A stretch of 34,322 nt of DNA, from positions 3,382,021 to 3,416,342 of the forward strand of contig CP070734.1 of the NCBI GenBank assembly GCA_020347605.1. The letters run 5' to 3'. The translations under genes were made by a program, and so were the position numbers. This DNA is from Deltaproteobacteria bacterium (lineage in GTDB: Bacteria > Myxococcota_A > UBA9160 > G020347605). Below, piece by piece: positions 26,997 through 34,322 of the stretch (the stretch's first letter is position 1; the number at the start of each line of letters is the position of its first letter). The notes beneath the pieces were generated by a model that saw only the letters and a program-made list of their open reading frames with translations, ran no database searches and was not told where the DNA came from.

Positions 26997-28307
26997 GTGA
27001 ACGAGGCCGTCCGGGATCTGCTCGCATACATCGACGCGTCACCGTCGCCGTATCACGCGGTCGCGGAGACCGCGCGCCGCATCTCGGCCGCCGGCTTCTC
27101 GGAGCGGTCCGAGCGCGAGGTGTGGGAGCTCCAGCCGGGCAGCCGCTGCTTCACCACGCGGGCCGACGGCAGCCTGATCGCGATCCAGATCGGATCCGCG
27201 TCTCCCGCGGCGGGCGGCTTTCGAATCGTCGGCGCCCACACCGACTCGCCCAACCTGCGACTCAAACCCCGCCCCGACGTGCTCGCCCACGGCTACCGAC
27301 AGCTCGCGGTCGAGCCCTATGGGGGCGTCCTGCTGCACACCTGGCTCGACCGGGATCTATCGCTGGCCGGACGCGTGACGCTCCGGGATGGCGACGCGAC
27401 GCGCACCGCGCTGGTCGACTTCCGGCGCGCGGTCCTGCGGATCCCGAGCCTCGCGATCCACCTGCAGCGCGAGCTGGCCAGCGAGGGACTGAAGCTCGAT
27501 CCGCAGAAGCATCTCCAGCCGCTGGTGGGGCTCGAGAACGCCCCCGACGTGGCCACGCTCGTGGCGGAGGCGCTCGCCGAGCCGGGCGCCGAGGGGGTCT
27601 CGCCCGAGGACGTGCTCGCCTTCGACCTCATGACCTACGACACGCAGCCGAGCGGCCTGGGTGGCGCCCGCGAAGAGTTCATCCAGGCCCCGCGACTCGA
27701 CAATCTGGCCTCCTGTCACGCGGCCGTCCGCGCGCTGCTGGCCGCCGCCGAGGGCGACCTGCCCGAACACAGCCGCGTCGTCGTGCTCTACGACCATGAA
27801 GAGGTCGGGAGTCGCAGCGCGCAGGGGGCGGCCGGCTCGTTCCTGCGCGACGTCCTCGAGCGTTCGGTCGCGGGCTACAAGGGCGGTGAGACGCAGGGGC
27901 TCGCGCGTGCGCGGGCGCGGTCCGTGCTGATCTCCGTCGACATGGCGCACGCGGTCCACCCCAACCACGCGGACAAGCACGAGCCGCAGCATCGACCCGT
28001 GATCGGCGGGGGACCGGTGATCAAGGTGAACGCGAACCAGTCGTATGCGAGCGATGCCGTGACGTCGGGTCTGTTCGCTGCGCTCTGTGCGCGCGCGAAC
28101 GTGACGCCGCAGCATTTCTCGATGCGCAGCGATCTTCCCTGCGGATCGACGATCGGCCCGATCAGCGCGGCGCGCGTCGGGATCCGCACGGTCGACGTGG
28201 GCAACCCGATGCTCGCGATGCACGCGTGCCGCGAGCTGGCCGGCAGCGCCGACGTGGAGCCGATGATCTCGGTGTTGCGCGCGTTCTTCGACGCCGCGCG
28301 TCTGTGA
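26997..28307 (+). CDS. apeB: M18 aspartyl aminopeptidase
   Basis: SPSPYHAV, GAHTDSP, VEPYGG, RLDNL, DHEEVGS, DMAHAVHPN, CGSTIGP, AMH. GTG lies 7 nt after TATCCT. Confidence 0.93.
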   Translation: MNEAVRDLLAYIDASPSPYHAVAETARRISAAGFSERSEREVWELQPGSRCFTTRADGSLIAIQIGSASPAAGGFRIVGAHTDSPNLRLKPRPDVLAHGYRQLAVEPYGGVLLHTWLDRDLSLAGRVTLRDGDATRTALVDFRRAVLRIPSLAIHLQRELASEGLKLDPQKHLQPLVGLENAPDVATLVAEALAEPGAEGVSPEDVLAFDLMTYDTQPSGLGGAREEFIQAPRLDNLASCHAAVRALLAAAEGDLPEHSRVVVLYDHEEVGSRSAQGAAGSFLRDVLERSVAGYKGGETQGLARARARSVLISVDMAHAVHPNHADKHEPQHRPVIGGGPVIKVNANQSYASDAVTSGLFAALCARANVTPQHFSMRSDLPCGSTIGPISAARVGIRTVDVGNPMLAMHACRELAGSADVEPMISVLRAFFDAARL

Positions 28308-28341
28308 GCGACGCCGCCCGCCGGATCGTTCCGAAGCCCCG

Positions 28342-29355
<1,014 letters not shown>

Positions 29356-29486
29356 GGTGGAAGATCCCTCCTGACTGGCGCGGTCGAGGTGGGCAATCCT
29401 CGCGCGGCTCGCCCATCCCTCGCAACCCCGAGATCGATTTCATCATACATATCAGTCTCTTACGAGTCCTAAAGCGGGGGCGCGGC

Positions 29487-29515
29487 TTGACCGATGGGTA
29501 AGTCAACCGTATGAT
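29487..29515 (+). promoter_or_regulatory. Sigma70 promoter for the tetR-RND operon
   Basis: TTGACC-N17-TATGAT. Confidence 0.8.
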
Positions 29516-29536
29516 TCAAACGTTCGTTTGAATCAT
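29511..29536. promoter_or_regulatory. TetR (PsrA-type) operator palindrome
   Basis: ATGATTCAAACG-tt-CGTTTGAATCAT; perfect 12-bp arms overlapping the -10 box and +1. Confidence 0.85.
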
Positions 29537-29563
29537 GGGCCGAGTCGGCCCGGGAGGCGCCCG

Positions 29564-30223
29564 GTGCGCGAGAAGGACACGAAGGAGCGGATCCTCGACG
29601 CCGCGGAACGGATCTTCGCCGAACGCGGCTTTGCCGGTACCTCGCTGCGCGCGGTGACGTCGGCGGCCGACGTGAATCTCGCCGCCGTGCACTACCACTT
29701 CGGATCCAAGGAGGCGCTGCTCCAGGAGATCCTCCACCGCCGGGTCGCGCCCATCAACCAGGAGCGCGCGAAGCGGCTCGATCGCATCGAGGCGCGCGCG
29801 GCCGAGGAGCCGCCCTCGGTCGAAGAGATCGTGGCCGCGTTCCTGGAGCCGGCCGTGCAACTCGGGGACGGGCCCGAGTCCGACGGCCGGGCCGTTCGCG
29901 CGCTGGCCGCGCGCATCTACGGCGAGCCCCGGGAGCTGGTCGAGCCCATGATCCGCGAGGAGTTCGGCGACCTCTCCCGGCGCTTCGTCGCGCTGTTGGG
30001 GCGCGCGCGGCCCGAGCTGTCGCGCAGCGAGATCGAGTCGCGCTTCCAGTTCGCGGTGGGCGTCCTGATCTTCGTGATCGCCGAGCGCTACGTCTCCAAC
30101 CTGACGCCGGACAGCGAGCTCGATCTGAACGACCGCGAAGCGATCGTGCGTCGCATGTCCGCCTTCATCGTGCACGGCTTGTGCGCGCCGCCGGCGGACG
30201 CCCGGTCTCGGGGGGGTTCGTGA
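29564..30223 (+). CDS. TetR-family regulator, PsrA-like
   Basis: TKERILDAAERIFAERGF..TSLRAVTSAADVNLAAVHYHFGSKEAL. GTG at 29564 follows GGAGG. Confidence 0.92.
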   Translation: MREKDTKERILDAAERIFAERGFAGTSLRAVTSAADVNLAAVHYHFGSKEALLQEILHRRVAPINQERAKRLDRIEARAAEEPPSVEEIVAAFLEPAVQLGDGPESDGRAVRALAARIYGEPRELVEPMIREEFGDLSRRFVALLGRARPELSRSEIESRFQFAVGVLIFVIAERYVSNLTPDSELDLNDREAIVRRMSAFIVHGLCAPPADARSRGGS

Positions 30224-31407
30224 GGCGGCTCCTGCGCTGGATCCTTCCGATCGCGGTGCTCGCGGTCGGCGCCGTCGTCACCTGGCGCATCATCGCGGCG
30301 CGGCCGCCGGTCGCGACGCAGCCCCCCGAGCTGCAGGCACCCCTGGTTCGCGTGATGACCGCGCAGACCCAGACGGTGAAGCTCAACATCACCGCGCAGG
30401 GAACCGTGGTCCCCCGCACCGAGAGCGAGCTCGTGCCCGAGGTGTCGGGGACGGTCGTGTGGGCGTCGCCTTCGCTCGTCGCGGGCGGCTTCTTCGAGGC
30501 CGACGAGGTGCTGCTTCGGATCGATCCGACCGACTACGAGATCGGCCGGGAGCGCGCGCGGGCCGCACTGGCGCGCAGCGAGAGCGAGCTGCGGCGGGCG
30601 TCGCGCGACCTCACCCGTCGCCGCGCGCTCGCGGAGAAGGAGTTCGCCAGCGACGCGGCGATCGACATCGCGGAGAACGCCGAACGGGTGGCGTCGGCGG
30701 CGGTGCGCGAGGCGCGGGCCCAGCTGCGCCAGGCCGAGCGCGACCTGGCGCGCACCGAGATCGGCGCCCCCTACGCCGGTCGCGTGCGGGACGAGCGCGT
30801 CGACGTCGGGCAGTTCGTGTCGCGTGGCATGCCCGTCGCGACGGTCTACGCGGTCGACGCCGCGGAGATCCGCCTGCCGATCTCCGACGATCAGCTGGCC
30901 TTCGTCGACCTGCCCACCGTATATCGCGGCGAGCCACGCGACCAGCCGGGGCCCGCCGCGGTCCTGCGCGCCGAGTTCGCGGGGCGCGAGCACGTCTGGA
31001 CCGGCCAGATCGTGCGCACCGAAGGCGAGATCGATCCGCGCAGCCGCGTCGTGCACGTGATCGCGCAGGTCGAGGATCCGTACGGCCGCAGCGAGGACGG
31101 CGAGCGGCCGCCGCTCGCCGTCGGCCTGTTCGTGGAGGCCGAGATCGAGGGGCGCGAGGTCGAGGACGTCGTGGTGCTGCCGCGTGCGGCGCTGCGCAAC
31201 GGCTCGCACGTGCTCGTGGTCGACCCGGACGATCGCCTGCGCATCCGCGCCGTCGACGTGCTGCGCGTGAACCGCGAGGCCGCCATCCTGCGCTCCGGCG
31301 TTCGCGCCGGTGAGCGCATCTGCCTGTCTCCGCTCGACGCCGTGGTCGACGGCATGAAGGTGCGCACCGTGGACGAGGGCCCGGAACGCACCCGGGTGCC
31401 GTCGTGA
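30220..31407 (+). CDS. RND efflux periplasmic adaptor (MFP)
   Basis: N-terminal TM, EVSGTV, IDPTDY, coiled hairpin, IGAPYAG, VDVGQFV. GTGA overlap with tetR. Confidence 0.93.
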   Translation: MRRLLRWILPIAVLAVGAVVTWRIIAARPPVATQPPELQAPLVRVMTAQTQTVKLNITAQGTVVPRTESELVPEVSGTVVWASPSLVAGGFFEADEVLLRIDPTDYEIGRERARAALARSESELRRASRDLTRRRALAEKEFASDAAIDIAENAERVASAAVREARAQLRQAERDLARTEIGAPYAGRVRDERVDVGQFVSRGMPVATVYAVDAAEIRLPISDDQLAFVDLPTVYRGEPRDQPGPAAVLRAEFAGREHVWTGQIVRTEGEIDPRSRVVHVIAQVEDPYGRSEDGERPPLAVGLFVEAEIEGREVEDVVVLPRAALRNGSHVLVVDPDDRLRIRAVDVLRVNREAAILRSGVRAGERICLSPLDAVVDGMKVRTVDEGPERTRVPS

Positions 31408-34322
31408 ACCGCGCCATCGCATGGTTCGCCGAGAACCACGTCGCCGCGAACCTGATCATGATGCTGCTCGTCGCGGGCGGCCTCACCAGCTCCTTCTTCG
31501 TCAAGATGGAGGTGTTTCCCGAGGTTCGGCCCGAGATCGTCTGGGTGACCGTGGAGTACCCGGGCGCGGCGCCCGAAGAGGTCGAGGAGGCCATCTGCAT
31601 CAAGATCGAGGAGGAGATCGAGGGCCTCGAGAGCGTCGACCGCATCACGTCGTCGGCGGCGGAGGGCATCGGCGTGGTGATGGTCGAGCTGTTCCGCGGC
31701 GAGAACGTGCGCGAGGCGCTCGACGACATCAAGTCGCGCGTGGACGCCATCGACACCTTCCCCGAGGAGGCCGAGAAGCCCCTCATCCGCGACCTCGTCT
31801 ACCGCCAGCCGGTGATCAGCGTGGCGATCTCGGGCGACGCGGACGAGCGCTCGCTCAAGGTGCTGGGCGAGCGCGTGCGCGACGAGCTCACCACGCTGCC
31901 GGCCATCACCCAGGTCGAGCTGGCCAACGCGCGCCCGTACGAGATCTCGGTCGAGATCGCCGAGTCGGCGCTGCGGCGTCACGGCCTCACGTTCGACGAC
32001 GTGGCCGCGGCCGTGCGCCGCTCGTCGGTCGACGTGCCGGGCGGCTCGATCAAGTCCCTTGGCGGCGAGATCCTGCTGCGCGCGAAGGGTCAGGCGTATC
32101 GGGGCGCGGAGTTCGAGCGGCTGGTGCTCCTCACGCGCGAGGACGGCACGCGCCTCACGCTCGGCGAGATCGCCCGCGTCGTCGACGGGTTCGAGGAGAC
32201 CGACCAGTCGGCGCGCTTCGACGGCCGCTCCACCGTGGTGGTCCAGGTCTGGCGCGTCGGCGACCAGAGCGCGCTCGAGATCGCGCGCACCGTAAAGGAC
32301 TACGTCGCGCAGGCGCAGGCGTCCATGCCCGAGGGCATCGTCCTCACCACCTGGGCCGACGACTCCAAGCCCCTGCGCGACCGCCTGAGCACGCTGCTGC
32401 GCAACGGCATCCAGGGCGCCGCACTGGTGTTCTTGGTCCTCACGCTGTTCCTGCGCCTGCGCCTCGCGTTCTGGGTGATCCTCGGCGTGCCGCTCTCCTT
32501 CCTGGGCGCCCTGTGGCTGATGCCCTCGCTGGACGTCTCGATCAACGTGATCTCGCTGTTCGCGTTCATCCTGGTGCTCGGCATCCTGGTCGATGATGCG
32601 ATCGTGGTCGGCGAGAACATCTACACCCACCAGCGGAGGGAGCGAAGCCGCCTGCAAGCGGCCATTGCGGGCGCGCAGGAGGTGGCGACGCCCGTGGTGT
32701 TCGGCGTGCTCACGACGGTGGCGGCCTTCATGCCGATGCTGATCCTGCCCGGCCCGATGGGCCAGGTCTTCGGGGTGATGGGTCTCACCGCCATCCTCTG
32801 CCTGGGATTCTCGATCACCGAATCGCTGTTCGTGCTGCCCGCGCACCTCGGCCACAGCCGCGCCCGCGGCCAGCACGCCGCGGGCGGCTCGAACCCGGTC
32901 TCGCGCACCTGGTATCGGTTCCAGGAGCGCTTCGCGAGCTCGCTCGAGGGGTTCGTCGAGCACGTCTACCGGCCGGCGCTGCGGGTCGCGCTCGCCTGGC
33001 GCTATCTCACGGTGTCGCTGGGCGTGTCGCTGCTGCTGGTCGTACTGGCGGTGCCACTCTCGGGACGGCTGCGCTTCAGCTTCTTCCCGCCCATCGAGGC
33101 GGACAACGTGATCGCGCTGCTCACCATGCCGCTCGGGACTCCCGTGGACGTGACGCGCGCGCACGTGGCGCGCATTGCGGCCGCGGCCGAGGAGCTGCGG
33201 AAGCAGGTGGACGCCGAGAAGCGCACGACCCGCGGCAGCATCGTGCGCCACGTGCTGGCCTCGATCGGCGAGCAGCCGTCGATGGAGCGCGGGCGCGCCG
33301 GACCGCCGTCGGGTGCGGCCGCCCCGGCGCGCGGCGGCCACCTCGGCGAAGTCAATCTGGAGCTCGCGCCGGGCGAGGAGCGCAGCATCGGCGGGGAGGA
33401 GATGGAGCAGCGCTGGCGCGACCTGGTCGGTCCCATCCCGGACGCGGTCGAGCTGGCCTTCACGTCGTCGTACTTCGAGATCGGAGAGCCGATCAACATC
33501 CAGCTGCAGGGGACCCGCGTCGAGACGCTGCGCGTCGTGACGGATCGCCTGAAGGAACGCCTCGCGGAATATCCGGGCGTCTTCGACGTGGCCGATTCGT
33601 TTCGCGGCGGCAAGCGCGAGCTCGAGCTCGACATCCGGCCCTCGGCGGAGGCGCTCGGCCTCACGCTGGCCGACCTCGGACGGCAGGTCCGGCAGGCGTT
33701 CTACGGCGAGGAGGCGCAGCGCATCCAGCGGGAGCGCGACGACGTCAAGGTGATGGTGCGGTATCCGGCGAGCGAGCGGCGCTCGCTCGGCGACCTCGAG
33801 GACATGCGCGTGCGCACGCCCGACGGCCGCGAGGTGCCGTTCGCGGTGGTGGCCATCGCAGATCTGGATCGCGGCTTCGCCACCATCCAGCGCGCCGACC
33901 GGCAGCGGGTCATCAACGTCACCGCCGACCTCGACCTGACGCGCGCCAACGCGAACGAGATCCTCGCCGACCTGCGCACATCGGTGCTGCCGGCGCTGCT
34001 CGCCGAGCACCCCGGGGTCAGCTACTCGATGGAGGGCGAGCAGCGCGAGCAGAGCGAGACCCTGGCGGGACTGCTCCGCGGCTTCGCCCTGGCGCTGTTC
34101 GTGATCTACGCGCTGCTCGCGGTTCCGCTGCGCTCCTACTTCCAGCCGCTGCTCATCATGTCCGTGATCCCGTTCGGGTTCATCGGTGCGATCGGGGGTC
34201 ACCTGATCATGGGCCACAACCTGAGCGTCATGTCGATGGTCGGGATCGTGGCGCTCTCCGGCGTCGTGGTGAACTCGAGCCTGGTGATGGTGCACTGGGT
34301 GAACGGCCGCCGCGCGCAGGGT
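31404..34322 (+). CDS. RND transporter permease (AcrB/AcrD/AcrF family), 3'-truncated by the window edge
   Basis: Absent from the ORF track because it has no stop. GTG at 31404 gives MNRAIAWFAENHVAANL; the same frame gives LGILVDDAIVVGENI near 32580 and GVVVNSS near 34260. Confidence 0.95.
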   Translation, partial: MNRAIAWFAENHVAANLIMMLLVAGGLTSSFFVKMEVFPEVRPEIVWVTVEYPGAAPEEVEEAICIKIEEEIEGLESVDRITSSAAEGIGVVMVELFRGENVREALDDIKSRVDAIDTFPEEAEKPLIRDLVYRQPVISVAISGDADERSLKVLGERVRDELTTLPAITQVELANARPYEISVEIAESALRRHGLTFDDVAAAVRRSSVDVPGGSIKSLGGEILLRAKGQAYRGAEFERLVLLTREDGTRLTLGEIARVVDGFEETDQSARFDGRSTVVVQVWRVGDQSALEIARTVKDYVAQAQASMPEGIVLTTWADDSKPLRDRLSTLLRNGIQGAALVFLVLTLFLRLRLAFWVILGVPLSFLGALWLMPSLDVSINVISLFAFILVLGILVDDAIVVGENIYTHQRRERSRLQAAIAGAQEVATPVVFGVLTTVAAFMPMLILPGPMGQVFGVMGLTAILCLGFSITESLFVLPAHLGHSRARGQHAAGGSNPVSRTWYRFQERFASSLEGFVEHVYRPALRVALAWRYLTVSLGVSLLLVVLAVPLSGRLRFSFFPPIEADNVIALLTMPLGTPVDVTRAHVARIAAAAEELRKQVDAEKRTTRGSIVRHVLASIGEQPSMERGRAGPPSGAAAPARGGHLGEVNLELAPGEERSIGGEEMEQRWRDLVGPIPDAVELAFTSSYFEIGEPINIQLQGTRVETLRVVTDRLKERLAEYPGVFDVADSFRGGKRELELDIRPSAEALGLTLADLGRQVRQAFYGEEAQRIQRERDDVKVMVRYPASERRSLGDLEDMRVRTPDGREVPFAVVAIADLDRGFATIQRADRQRVINVTADLDLTRANANEILADLRTSVLPALLAEHPGVSYSMEGEQREQSETLAGLLRGFALALFVIYALLAVPLRSYFQPLLIMSVIPFGFIGAIGGHLIMGHNLSVMSMVGIVALSGVVVNSSLVMVHWVNGRRAQG

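Noticed and set aside
30891-34295. 1134-aa minus-strand ORF
   Set aside because: Antisense shadow of the MFP/RND genes, expected from GC3 bias; no domain motifs.

Overview
A gene-dense, very GC-rich bacterial chromosomal window with about 34 CDSs. I found no rRNA, tRNA, CRISPR array, transposase or integrase. Gene content suggests a diderm Myxococcota/Binatota-like organism, but this is inference only. It carries lipid/CoA catabolic genes (two acyl-CoA dehydrogenases, ALDH, MaoC, CitE, double hot-dog thioesterase, amidase, F420-type LLM), housekeeping genes (thyA-folA, def, trkH, M18 aminopeptidase), an EAL phosphodiesterase, and a PsrA-like TetR leading an RND efflux operon that runs off the right edge. 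The most interesting signals are regulatory. (1) Two back-to-back GTAACC-N16-CGTA ECF-type promoters point into a secreted CxxC DUF3179 protein and an orphan NrsF anti-sigma with no adjacent sigma. (2) An ECF sigma has lost several basic DNA-contact residues and is paired with an anti-sigma that lacks its sensor domain. (3) A sigma54 promoter and TGC-rich upstream element precede a cupredoxin-like protein lacking copper ligands. (4) A perfect 12-2-12 TetR operator overlaps a sigma70 promoter. (5) Several genes look leaderless. (6) Uncharacterised lipoproteins are translationally coupled to folA and trkH. Most long ORFs in the supplied track are GC-rich shadow frames. All family calls come from motif recognition by eye; no searches were run.
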